Origin: an uncultured Verrucomicrobiae bacterium
GTDB taxonomy: Bacteria; Verrucomicrobiota; Verrucomicrobiia; Chthoniobacterales; UBA10450
Length of the DNA: 64,000 bases
Assembly: GCA_963735805.1 (NCBI GenBank)
Contig: CAVTMK010000001.1
Coordinates: 160,001 to 224,000, forward strand
Direction of reading: 5' to 3'
The notes under the pieces are model-generated. The model was not told where the DNA came from and did not search any database. It saw only the letters and a program-made list of their open reading frames with translations. Both the position numbers and the translations under genes were made by a program. This document shows, piece by piece, positions 1 to 8,879 of this stretch. Within the stretch, counting starts at the first letter, position 1. Each line of letters begins with the position of its first letter.

Positions 1-342
1 ATTGATAAGCTGGATTTCTTCGATGCAACCAAGCCGTCCTGCATGAGTGAGCTTTCGGTAAGTCCCTGATAGATTTTCGAACTCCTCGTCTAATTCAGGT
101 GAAACCTTAAACCGAGCGGACGCACTTTCAGACTTTAGAGTAATGTCCAGCTCATAGGTGACGCCTTTGTTCTCGACGTCCAAAAGAGTGCCTTTTAAAT
201 GTTCACCGCTACGTGTTAACGAACCCTGTGCTTGCTGGGTATGCCACGCATAGTCACTCGTAACCCAAATCAGCTTCCAGTCCTCGGCTCTTAGAGATCC
301 AGCAAAGGACAATACCAATACGAGCGTGTATATTTTTTTCAT
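1..342 (-). CDS. Secreted hypothetical cassette protein, truncated at window edge
   Basis: Manual translation from ATG 342: MKKIYTLVLVLSFAGSLRAEDWKLIWVTSDYAWHTQ..., open to position 1; signal-peptide-like start; core site GTTAGGGC (minus, 354-347) just upstream. Absent from ORF track. Confidence 0.75.
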   Translation of the reverse strand, partial: MKKIYTLVLVLSFAGSLRAEDWKLIWVTSDYAWHTQQAQGSLTRSGEHLKGTLLDVENKGVTYELDITLKSESASARFKVSPELDEEFENLSGTYRKLTHAGRLGCIEEIQLIN

Positions 343-346
343 GCAA

Positions 347-691
347 GCCCTAACGGGAATCGAGCAGATTGGGAATCTGCGAGATGGACGGGATAGCGCG
401 GGAGGCGAATGAGTTGGGAAGATCATGAGTCAAAGAGATAAGCCACGGGTTGGGTCGGGCAATACGCTGAGCTTATTTCGGAATCGGGTCAACTTGCTTG
501 CGAATGGAGCCGCGGGACGGCAGCGACATACCTGGGCAAACCGAGAGGTCGAATAGAGCTTAACGGGGAAAGCGACATAGAAGTTAAAGCTGCGAGGGAA
601 GAAGCGAGCGCGTTGGGAAAGGAGCGAGTTTCAAATGAGCGGGAGCGAATGAGTCAAGGCTTTCGGAGTAGGCTTCATCGATTGGTTAGAC
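347..691 (-). repeat. attC-1, degenerate and expanded (345 bp)
   Basis: Inverse core at plus GTTAGAC 685-691 preceded by ggcttcatcgattg as in attC-2; L' motif gagataagccac 435-446; core only at gccctaac 347-354. Confidence 0.6.
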
Positions 692-733
692 CGAAGGGCA
701 TATGGCTCCGGTCGCGAACTCTTGGTTGAGACG

Positions 734-1222
734 TCAGGGTTCCTTCAAGTCCACGTTATGATAAGACACTATGCTCCATTCGCCTTTGTCTTTTACGAAC
801 ACCTCTTGCAGTCGCGTGCGAATTTTGCCATCGGCCATGCTCTTTACGCCAGGCGGCGTCCTTTGAATCCCGCTCAATTCTGTAGAGATATCGACGATTG
901 CTACGGCAGGCCGAACGAAACGAATCTTGCTCACCGACATCGCCAGTTTACTCCCTTTGAAAATCGTTTTGAAGATTTCGGCGTGCCGATCTTCGAAGGC
1001 TCGATGGCCATAAAATACCGTTCCACGAATGTTGGTAAAGCTCCCGTCTTCAGCGAACCTCTGCGAAAAAGCCTTTGCATCGCCCACGTTCCACGCCGCA
1101 ACTTCCTCGGCGACGATCTGACGAAGGCGCGATTCATCGTCGGATGATTGCGCTGCGACAGGTAGCCCAGTGGCAATGATTAGTAAATGCGCTGAGAGGA
1201 TGCTTACTAGTTTTCTTTTCAT
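734..1222 (-). CDS. SnoaL/NTF2-like (SgcJ/EcaC, DUF4440-type) secreted cassette protein
   Basis: Signal peptide; AAWNVGDAKAF, FAEDGSFTNIRG, GEWSIVSYHN motifs. Confidence 0.85.
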   Translation of the reverse strand: MKRKLVSILSAHLLIIATGLPVAAQSSDDESRLRQIVAEEVAAWNVGDAKAFSQRFAEDGSFTNIRGTVFYGHRAFEDRHAEIFKTIFKGSKLAMSVSKIRFVRPAVAIVDISTELSGIQRTPPGVKSMADGKIRTRLQEVFVKDKGEWSIVSYHNVDLKEP

Positions 1223-1237
1223 ACCGTGAGAATTGAG

Positions 1238-1417
1238 GTCTAACGAGAAAGAGATAAGCCACAGCTAGCGTTGAACAGCAATACGACGGGAGTGCGCGAG
1301 TTCGAAGGGACGAATCGCACTAGGGAACCCGGGCACCTGGGTGAAATCCAGGGTGCCGTGGCAAGCTTGCTCGCGCTCACTCCGTCAGGGGCTGTTGGCT
1401 TCATCGACTGGTTAGGC
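1238..1417 (-). repeat. attC-2 (180 bp)
   Basis: Minus strand GCCTAAC-CAGTC-GATGAAGC ... GCTTATC-TCTTTCTC-GTTAGAC, immediately after the stop of the upstream cassette gene. Confidence 0.9.
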
Positions 1418-1418
1418 G

Positions 1419-1730
1419 TCAGCGACTCCATCGTTTGCTTGATGACAAATAGGCGCATATGAGACACACCACTGCAGTGCTGATCAAAAGGGTAGCCAAC
1501 ACAACCCCCAGGTCTCCGTCCCAAGCCCTGACAAAGAGAGTTGGAACCGCCACAATGGTGAGCGTAAGCAACATTACGGGAATAGCGCTCGGGCGGGCAA
1601 AATTGATCGTCCAACCCATCCACTTTAAACGCTTCGGCACAATTACCCGCGGATCGGCCTTGCAATAATAGACGCCCCACTTCCGATTCTCCGGGTCTTT
1701 CCAATAAGCTTCGAGTTCTTCGCGTGTCAT
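1419..1730 (-). CDS. DUF5808-type small membrane protein (cassette)
   Basis: W-G-VYYCKADPRVIVPKRLKWMGWTINFARP motif plus two TM helices; start placed at ATG 1730 because the longer ORF runs through attC-3. Confidence 0.8.
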   Translation of the reverse strand: MTREELEAYWKDPENRKWGVYYCKADPRVIVPKRLKWMGWTINFARPSAIPVMLLTLTIVAVPTLFVRAWDGDLGVVLATLLISTAVVCLICAYLSSSKRWSR

Positions 1731-1747
1731 AATATATCCCCGCTCAC

Positions 1748-1876
1748 GTCTAACGAGACGCAAGATCAGTGACCGTGAGGCCGGCAAAACGTAACTTGCA
1801 GCGTAAGGGTAGATGGTAAACACAAACAACGTAGATCGAAACGCCGTTCGCGGTCCGCTGCATCGCGTGGTTAGAT
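1748..1876 (-). repeat. attC-3 (129 bp)
   Basis: Minus ATCTAAC-CACGC-GATGCAGC-GGACCG ... CGGTC-ACTGATC-TTGCGTCTC-GTTAGAC. Confidence 0.88.
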
Positions 1877-1897
1877 GTTTTCGCTGTGGTCACTTCG

Positions 1898-2743
1898 TTA
1901 TTTCACGTCGAGGGGCTTTCGCGTCCATGCACCAAATTGAATTGGCCCCAGGATTTGACTTCCGGCAGCTACCACTTCGTCTTCTAAGCGTCTTGCGAGT
2001 GTCTTATCAGCGGTGACCCCTTTAGGTAGCGCAAGTCCCATTTGCTCGAGGCGCGGAGTGACACTAATCAGCGTATTCGCTATCCAGCGATACAGATATG
2101 AATCGTGCCCGCCGCCGGCGACCGATTCGGCAAGAACGGTGGGAAATGGCAAGCCGGCGTCGAGAAATGCCCCGGCCACGCGGCGACCGTAATCAGGTGG
2201 ATTTCCCGAACGGCGGAACGCTTCGCTGAGTAGTCCGTAAATCTCGTCCCAAAACGCGCACTGAGGGTCGCTCGAGTGAGTGTTGGCAAAATCCATTTCG
2301 TGGAACACAACAATGCCGCGAGGTTTCAAAAATTTCAGCAGACGACGGATGATGGCTCCGGGATCTTGCTGGTAAAGTAAAATGTAACGGCCGACGATTG
2401 CGTCGAACTGATCTGCGGCGTCGAACTCAGCAAGGTTGCTGGCCTCGAAGGTAACCCAGGAAGAACAGCCCTGTTTACGACTGCGCTCGCGCGCCTTCTC
2501 CAGTCCCGCGGCATCCTGGTCAACTCCCAGCACCCACCCTCCTGGTCCGACGATCTCGCCTGCCAGGAACGCTACGTCACCCATTCCTGAGCCAATCTCG
2601 AGGACGCGCATTCCTGGGCTAACTCCGGCAAATCGGAAAAACTTGTCTGTGAACGGGCGAATTATCTTGGCCTGAAATGTCAACCGTTCATATTCATACT
2701 CCGATTGACCCAGAATGTAATTGCCTTCGGTTTTCGAAGCCAT
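1898..2743 (-). CDS. Class I SAM-dependent methyltransferase (cassette)
   Basis: RVLEIGSGMGD motif I, FDAIVGRYIL, LKPRGIVVFHE. Confidence 0.9.
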   Translation of the reverse strand: MASKTEGNYILGQSEYEYERLTFQAKIIRPFTDKFFRFAGVSPGMRVLEIGSGMGDVAFLAGEIVGPGGWVLGVDQDAAGLEKARERSRKQGCSSWVTFEASNLAEFDAADQFDAIVGRYILLYQQDPGAIIRRLLKFLKPRGIVVFHEMDFANTHSSDPQCAFWDEIYGLLSEAFRRSGNPPDYGRRVAGAFLDAGLPFPTVLAESVAGGGHDSYLYRWIANTLISVTPRLEQMGLALPKGVTADKTLARRLEDEVVAAGSQILGPIQFGAWTRKPLDVK

Positions 2744-2834
2744 CCGACTCTTCAGCTTATTCAGTTAGAGCGCCATCGTCAGCCGTTAAATTAGGGAATG
2801 ACCTTCGAGTCTTAGGTCGAATTCTGTCGAGACC

Positions 2835-2958
2835 ATCTAAGAAGACGGAGTTGAGCCACCGCTGGCAGCGGCGAGCGTGGCGAATTCTCTAAACGGTTTC
2901 GTAAAATCAAATCTGCGCACCAGGACCGCCGGCGGTTGGCTCGAGCGATTTGTTAGAC
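2835..2958 (-). repeat. attC-4 (124 bp) with mutated core CTTAGAT
   Basis: Minus GTCTAAC-AAATC-GCTCGAGC-CAACCG ... CGGTG-GCTCAAC-TCCGTCTT-CTTAGAT. Confidence 0.85.
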
Positions 2959-3254
2959 GCGTTCGCGGCATCGCCTTGAAGCTATCTTTCGATCGGGAGT
3001 CGCGAACTCGACAGCCTCAATGTCCAGACTGCGCTTGTAGTCATGTTCTGTGGAAATACCAATCGCAATGTCCTTCGGCGAATTCTTTGTAAAACGCTCC
3101 ATCTCTGCGTCAGCAGCGTCTTTCGCCCGGAAGACGATTGCTTTCGCGGTGATGAGCCATCGCCGCTGACTGCGGTGGCACCTTTTGGTGTCGCCGCAGT
3201 CACGTTGAACGCCAACGCAACGAACGCCGATAGGGCAATGCAGCGCGCTAGCAT
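2953..3254 (-). pseudogene. Frameshifted secreted cassette gene
   Basis: ATG overlaps core GTTAGATG; after GDGSSP (~3148) another frame reads AKAIVFRAKDAADAEMERF...RERV and stops at the TAA inside the attC-4 inverse core (2955-2953). Confidence 0.6.
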
Positions 3255-3293
3255 CTAACGAGACAGAGATAAGCCACGCCTAGGGTTGAACAC
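3253..3293 (-). repeat. attC-5, core-side half only
   Basis: atctaacgagacagagataagccacgcctagggttgaaca closely matches attC-2 gtctaacgagaaagagataagccacagctagcgttgaaca, then runs into the SDR stop at 3302. Confidence 0.85.
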
Positions 3294-3301
3294 AACATAG
3301 A

Positions 3302-4051
3302 TCACATCATCAAGTCGCCGCCGTTGATGTCGAGGGACGTGCCGGTAATGTAGCCAGCGGCTTCGGAGGCGGCGAAGCAAATCAAATCGGCGACTTCGAC
3401 CGCGGTGCCAAGGCGCGGCACGGGATAACTCGCGGCGAGACGTTCGAGCAACTCGTTCGGGGCATGTTCGCGCGTCAGCTCGGTATCGATCATACCGGGG
3501 CAGATGGCGTTCACTGTGATACCGAACTTGCCGAGCTCCTTCGCGGCGGCACGCGTCAGTCCGAGGAGTCCAGCCTTCGATGCCGTGTAGTGCGCACCAC
3601 CGAGCGTGCTCACCATCCGGCCGGCCGAAGATGAGATATTAATGATGCGGCCATAGTGCTGGGCCCGCATTGCCGGAAGAACGGTTTTCGTCATCAAGAA
3701 TGGCGCGGTAAGGTTGACCTCAATCACTTTGCGCCATTCCTCGGCGGTGAGATCGGGAAAGCGTGTCGACAGCGGAAGCGCGGCGTTGTTGACGAGGATG
3801 TCGATTCGTCCGAAGCGTTCGAGCGTGCGGCGCACAATCTCGTCGGGGACGCCGTCCGCCGCGACGTCGCCTGGCACGGCGAAGGCGCGCTCGCCGATTT
3901 CCTTCGCCAGCGCCTCGGCGCGCTCGCGGTTGCGGAGGTTCACCGCGACCGAGGCACCACGCTCGTGCAGGCGCGCTGCGGCAGCCCGTCCGAGGCCGCG
4001 CCACGCACCGGTGACGACGGCGACGCGCCCAGCAAAATCAGCGTTTTCCAT
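3302..4051 (-). CDS. Short-chain dehydrogenase/reductase (FabG-like)
   Basis: TGAWRGLG, NNA, YTASK, PG motifs. Confidence 0.92.
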   Translation of the reverse strand: MENADFAGRVAVVTGAWRGLGRAAAARLHERGASVAVNLRNRERAEALAKEIGERAFAVPGDVAADGVPDEIVRRTLERFGRIDILVNNAALPLSTRFPDLTAEEWRKVIEVNLTAPFLMTKTVLPAMRAQHYGRIINISSSAGRMVSTLGGAHYTASKAGLLGLTRAAAKELGKFGITVNAICPGMIDTELTREHAPNELLERLAASYPVPRLGTAVEVADLICFAASEAAGYITGTSLDINGGDLMM

Positions 4052-4070
4052 CCGGAGAATTGTCTCCAGG

Positions 4071-7000
4071 CTAGGCTCGCACCGGCACGCTGGCGGTGCG
4101 CTCGAGTTTGCCCCAGCTTACCCAAGCGCCTTTGATTGCGCGCAGGATCGCTTTCCAGATGCAGTAACTAAGCATTGGTCGGTAAATCAGACGCATCGGT
4201 AGAATGCGCCAGGCGCGTGTGATCGGTTCGCGTTCCAGGATGCAGGCGAGCGTGGCGAGTAACACGTCCATCGCAAGAAAGGTGATGACGAATGGCAGTA
4301 CCGCGTTCCAAGCACCGAACGGGAGAGACGCGAGAAGGAACAGATCTACCATCGGGGTGATGGCTATGAGGATGATTTGGAAAAACCAAATACTGGGCAA
4401 ACTGAACCAGCCAAGCGCTCGATAGTTCCAGTTGAACACCATGTCGCGATGTTTCCAGAGGGATTGCAGCGTGCCGTAAGCCCAGCGGAACCGTTGTCGG
4501 GCAAGGGTACGCACGCTCTCGGGCGCTTCTGTCCAGGCGATGGCATCGGGCACATAAACGATCCGCTGTCGATGTCTGTGCAACGCGAGAGTGAGATCGG
4601 TGTCTTCGGCAAGGGTCTGCAAACTCAGTCCACCGGCTGCATCAATCGCATTTTTGCGGACCGCGCTAATCGCACCAGGCACGACGGTGATGCAATTCCA
4701 GCGGTTGTAAGCGCGCCGATCCAGATTAAAACCGCAGGTGTATTCCAATGCCTGACAGCGCGCGATGAATGTGCGCAGGTTCCCGACTTTCGCATGACCT
4801 GATACTGCGCCGATACGCGCGTCGGCGAATGGCTCGACCAGATATGGGAGCGTATCGCGCTGACATTGTGTGTCGGCATCGATAAAAACAATGATGCCGT
4901 GACGCGCGGCGGCGAGACCGCGCTGGAGAGCGCGGGCCTTCCCGCGATTTTCCTGTTGTAACAAGCGAACACGCGCCTCGTTCTTTGCAACGCGCTCAAC
5001 TTCCGCGGCGGTTTGGTCGCGCGACCCGTCATCCACAACGACGACTTCAATTTCGCCTCTGTAGTCCGTAGCCAGAAGCGTGCGCAGAGTTTCCGCAATT
5101 ACTTTGCCTTCGTTGTAGGCAGCGATCACCACACTGATCGGTTCCGAAAAATCTTTTCGTGGTTCCCGTCGAAAACGATAAGCGAGCCAGATGACTATCA
5201 GGGTGCGAACGACCACGAGTGCCGTTGCCACAATCATGAACGCCCAGAGGAATTCTTCGAAGCTATGGTAAACTCGAAATCCGGTTCTGCTCACCAGGCG
5301 CGTGAGAGATTGTCCATTGTTTTGCACCACCGGCATGATCGCGTCGCGGGTCGTGCCCAGTAGCGTGCTCACCGCCACCACGGTGTCGCCGCGCGTATGC
5401 AGCCAATCCAAAATGCGCGGAAGCGCTTCCACCGTCTGCGAGCGGTCGCCGCCCGCGTCATGCAGCAAAATGATGCTGCCATCGCGTCGTTGTTGTTTCA
5501 CACGCTGGACGATGATGTCCGCCCCTGGCTTCGCCCAGTCCTGTGGATCGATACTCTCCAGAACGACGAGATAATTGAGGTCTTCCGCGATTTTCAGCGG
5601 AGTCAGATCGGTCAGTTGGGTCGGACTCGAATCCGCAGCATAAGGCGGCCGGAACAACGTGGTGGCGCGACCCGTTATCGTTTCCAGTAGAAGCTGTGTT
5701 GCATTCAGTTCCAGCCGGATGTGCTCGGGCCAGCATAGGGCCAAGTTAGGATGATAATAAGTGTGGTTCCCAATCTCGTGTCCTTCATCAACAATACGCC
5801 GAACAAGCCCCGGGTAACGTTCCGCGTTCACGCCCACGAGGAAAAATGTGGCTTTGACGTTTGCTGCTTTGAGGATGTCTAAGATCTGCGGCGTCCATCG
5901 CGGATCCGGGCCGTCGTCGAAAGTGATTGCCACCTGATGCTCGCCTGCGGCGCCCTGATGATACAGCGTCGGGAATTCCGCAAACTTCGTGTATTTCGCC
6001 GTGAGGTAGCCATCAGTGTCCACGGCAAGTTTTCGCAATCCATCGGTGCGTTCCTCGTCAACAGTTACAATCTCACCGTCGCCGACGTCGGTAATTGTGT
6101 CGGTCGATTTTATCAATTCCAGTGCTTGTCGCGCTTGATTATCGAGTTTGAAATCCCGCGGAACACTTAAGGCATCCCAAATCGCAGGGTCTTCGCTGCC
6201 CAGCCGATAAAGTGCAAAGCCGCCGGCTTTTTTGTCGCGCACAGTGCGCAGTTGGTTGAGGAACGTCACTGCATCCAAAAACCAGACAGCGTGCTCCTTG
6301 CCTTCATCCTCGAAATAAAAATACGGGCTGTAGCTTGGTCCTCGTACTTCTGCGCTCTCGATTTCCGCATCGTTCGCGCGGCTCATCGCTTCTGAAAAAC
6401 TGATCATCTCGGCCTTTTTTCCGCCGATCGTCCAATCATACCCGTAACCACCCATTGCGAAGATCCATTGCTTGGTATCGGCATCTTCCAGCAAGACATT
6501 CACCCAGCCTTCAAACCAGGAGCGCGACGCCAGCGGTCCCGGCGGGTCGGTGTCGGATGTTTCGTCAAACAACATCGCTACAAAACGATCGACGTTGTCG
6601 GAGAGCGCATCGAAATCGATGTAATCCAATTCCTGGCCCGGTTGAACGCACAACCAAAGCTCCTTGTTATCGTCGTGTAATACATCGGCAAACTTGTCGA
6701 TGAACGCGGTGATGTCCTTTTTGTAAGCAGGATCGATTTGTTCCCAATCAACCACGACGCCTGCGGCTTTCGCATTGCGCAAAACAGCAAGCACCCGTTG
6801 GATAAACCGGTCCTGTCGTTGTGCCGGCCCGTGCGCAAGGTTCTCAATCGCTTCAGGCTGCCAGGTATCGCCTACGAGGTTCGTCAGCAGGGGCATCAGC
6901 GCGATGCCCTTGCTTGCGGTCAGTTTCAATAGCCGAGTGTCTCCGTCGATTTGTAAATCGCCCAAGCCATTGATTACCGTCATCCATTCGGGGCAGAGAT

Positions 7001-7421
7001 GTGTAATCTGCGCCGCGTGTTGCTCGAATGAAGCGTAGCTGTACGGATCGCCGTTCACATAGAATGCAAGGCGCACTTCGTTACTGGGCGCTTTCTTCCG
7101 CGGCCGCGCGGTGGGCGCGGCGCCGGTAAGCTTTCTTGCGGCTTGCCGCGCTGCGGAAAATTTCTGCCACAGCAGCGAACTCGGAGACAATTGCTCGGCC
7201 GGATTCTGTTTTTGCAACGCCTTCAACTGGCCTTTCAACTGTCGCAGAGAAAACGGCACATTCATTTTCGGCGCGACGAAAAGCGTCTGGACGAACACCA
7301 CCGTCGCCAGGAAAAACAGGATGCCGGCAATAAGCACCGTTAAGCGCAGGCGCGGCCAGCGCTTCCCAGTCGGATCCGAGAAAACAAACGGTGTGACTTC
7401 TTCTGGAGGGGTCCCCTGCAT
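4071..7421 (-). CDS. GH18-like / polysaccharide deacetylase (CE4) / GT2 fusion
   Basis: N-terminal TM; GH18-like region (VDWE); TFDDGP, HEIGNHTYYH, FRPPY, LLHD; GT2 DDGS, DADT, AEDTD, RQRFRW; C-terminal TMs. Start uncertain (7421 or 7448). Confidence 0.9.
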   Translation of the reverse strand: MQGTPPEEVTPFVFSDPTGKRWPRLRLTVLIAGILFFLATVVFVQTLFVAPKMNVPFSLRQLKGQLKALQKQNPAEQLSPSSLLWQKFSAARQAARKLTGAAPTARPRKKAPSNEVRLAFYVNGDPYSYASFEQHAAQITHLCPEWMTVINGLGDLQIDGDTRLLKLTASKGIALMPLLTNLVGDTWQPEAIENLAHGPAQRQDRFIQRVLAVLRNAKAAGVVVDWEQIDPAYKKDITAFIDKFADVLHDDNKELWLCVQPGQELDYIDFDALSDNVDRFVAMLFDETSDTDPPGPLASRSWFEGWVNVLLEDADTKQWIFAMGGYGYDWTIGGKKAEMISFSEAMSRANDAEIESAEVRGPSYSPYFYFEDEGKEHAVWFLDAVTFLNQLRTVRDKKAGGFALYRLGSEDPAIWDALSVPRDFKLDNQARQALELIKSTDTITDVGDGEIVTVDEERTDGLRKLAVDTDGYLTAKYTKFAEFPTLYHQGAAGEHQVAITFDDGPDPRWTPQILDILKAANVKATFFLVGVNAERYPGLVRRIVDEGHEIGNHTYYHPNLALCWPEHIRLELNATQLLLETITGRATTLFRPPYAADSSPTQLTDLTPLKIAEDLNYLVVLESIDPQDWAKPGADIIVQRVKQQRRDGSIILLHDAGGDRSQTVEALPRILDWLHTRGDTVVAVSTLLGTTRDAIMPVVQNNGQSLTRLVSRTGFRVYHSFEEFLWAFMIVATALVVVRTLIVIWLAYRFRREPRKDFSEPISVVIAAYNEGKVIAETLRTLLATDYRGEIEVVVVDDGSRDQTAAEVERVAKNEARVRLLQQENRGKARALQRGLAAARHGIIVFIDADTQCQRDTLPYLVEPFADARIGAVSGHAKVGNLRTFIARCQALEYTCGFNLDRRAYNRWNCITVVPGAISAVRKNAIDAAGGLSLQTLAEDTDLTLALHRHRQRIVYVPDAIAWTEAPESVRTLARQRFRWAYGTLQSLWKHRDMVFNWNYRALGWFSLPSIWFFQIILIAITPMVDLFLLASLPFGAWNAVLPFVITFLAMDVLLATLACILEREPITRAWRILPMRLIYRPMLSYCIWKAILRAIKGAWVSWGKLERTASVPVRA

Positions 7422-7481
7422 GTGGTGCTTACAATCGCTCAGGCGCAAAAATAAGGAAATCCGATTCTGTCATTCGAAGTT

Positions 7482-7556
7482 TGTCATTCCGACCGAAGTG
7501 GAGGAATCTCTCAGATTAAATTCCAAAGAGCTGTCTCGACTTCACTCGATATGACA
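7482..7556. repeat. REP-like palindrome TGTCA...TGACA, copy 1
   Basis: tgtcattccgaccgaagtggaggaatctc...gtctcgacttcactcgatatgaca; matches 10010-10101. Confidence 0.8.
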
Positions 7557-7580
7557 GGTGGGGTTGCGTGTTAAACACTG

Positions 7581-8132
7581 ATGCACATTGAACCAGATTC
7601 ATTGCCCACTGGACACGCGGGTATCGCTGCGCGTTTAAAAAAAGGTCCTACTATCCATTCCAGCGCGTGGATTGTCCCGGGCGCAACGGTGATCGGCGAC
7701 GTGATTCTGGAAGAAGAATCGAGTGTCTGGTACGGCGCGGTGCTTCGCGGCGATATCAATCGGATCGTGATCGGGCCGCACTCGAACATTCAGGATAATG
7801 CGGTCGTACATATCGATACAGATTACCCAACAACCATGGGGGAACTGGTCACCGTCGGGCACACCGCTATCGTGCACGCATGCACGATCGACAATGAAGT
7901 GCTCATTGGCATGGGCGCCATCATTCTCGACGACGTGGAAGTTGGCGCACGTTCCATTATTGGGGCCAACGCTCTTGTCACCACGGGAACGAAAATTCCG
8001 CCTGGCTCGCTCGTGCTCGGGTCGCCGGCGAAGATCCGTCGGCAACTGAGCCTCGACGAACAAAAGGACATTGCCCGATGGGCGTGGAGCTATGTCGAAA
8101 CGGCCAAGCAATATCGCGAGTTTTGTTGCTAA
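7581..8132 (+). CDS. Gamma carbonic anhydrase family (YrdA-like)
   Basis: Hexapeptide repeats; LRGD, NIQDNAVVH, GHTAIVHAC. Confidence 0.92.
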   Translation: MHIEPDSLPTGHAGIAARLKKGPTIHSSAWIVPGATVIGDVILEEESSVWYGAVLRGDINRIVIGPHSNIQDNAVVHIDTDYPTTMGELVTVGHTAIVHACTIDNEVLIGMGAIILDDVEVGARSIIGANALVTTGTKIPPGSLVLGSPAKIRRQLSLDEQKDIARWAWSYVETAKQYREFCC

Positions 8133-8164
8133 ACAACCGCAAACCAGAGAGCAATAATGCATAT

Positions 8165-8653
8165 ATGAAAGCTATCGTTGGATCCGCATTAGCTACGCTC
8201 TTAGCCGTCGTCCTCATCCACGCGCAGTTGTCCGCTGAAGAAATGCAGTCTACCGACATGCATCTCTATCCTCCGACAGTTATCGAATGGAAAGCAGGGC
8301 CAGCGGCTTTGCCTCCCGGCGCAAGGATGGCTGTACTGGAAGGCGACCCGACGAAAGAAGGCCCGTTTGTGGTCCGATTTCAGTTTCCTGACGGTTATCA
8401 TATTCCGCCGCATACCCATCCAAAGACTGAGCGGGTCACTGTGATTTCGGGTACCCTGTATCTCGCGACGGGAGACGGGCTCGATCGCGGCAGTGCGAAA
8501 AAACTTCCTACCGGCTCCTTCGGTTACTGGCCAGCCGGGATGAAACACGCGGGGTGGTCCGAAGGCGAAACAGTCATCCAACTTCATGGAATTGGCCCAT
8601 GGCAGATTAACTATGTCAATCCGGCGGACGATCCGAGGAACGCGAAGAAATGA
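8165..8653 (+). CDS. Secreted cupin-domain protein
   Basis: Signal peptide from ATG 8165; PPHTHP.TERVTVISG and PAGMKH motifs. Confidence 0.85.
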   Translation: MKAIVGSALATLLAVVLIHAQLSAEEMQSTDMHLYPPTVIEWKAGPAALPPGARMAVLEGDPTKEGPFVVRFQFPDGYHIPPHTHPKTERVTVISGTLYLATGDGLDRGSAKKLPTGSFGYWPAGMKHAGWSEGETVIQLHGIGPWQINYVNPADDPRNAKK

Positions 8654-8656
8654 CTT

Positions 8657-8688
8657 TGTCATCCCGAATAAAGTGAGGGATCTCTCTC
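8657..8688. repeat. Partial copy of TGTCA REP-like element
   Basis: tgtcatcccgaataaagtgagggatctctc resembles the left arm of the 7482 and 10010 copies. Confidence 0.55.
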
Positions 8689-8879
8689 TTAGCGCTGATT
8701 GATCACACAAAGCACGATGTGTAGCCCGCGCCTTGATTGTGCGGTCCCTCATTGCAGGGCGTCTGTGTCAGACGCCATTCCACAACCCGGCGCTTGACGG
8801 GATGGAACAGCCGGGACGCGAGCGACATAGACGGGCTGCTCGTTAGAGCGACAGAGCGGGAGCGAACGAGTCAAACGCC

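Larger units (their letters stand above)
1..3300 (-). mobile_element. Integron gene-cassette array without integrase in window (CALIN-like)
   Basis: Five short co-oriented ORFs separated by imperfect inverted repeats bounded by RYYYAAC...GTTRRRY; no tyrosine recombinase ORF in the window. Confidence 0.85.

Noticed and set aside
1240..1704. 154-aa ORF ending ...PNQSMKPTAP...GLSLSR
   Set aside because: Alternative frame of the DUF5808 gene plus translation of attC-2.
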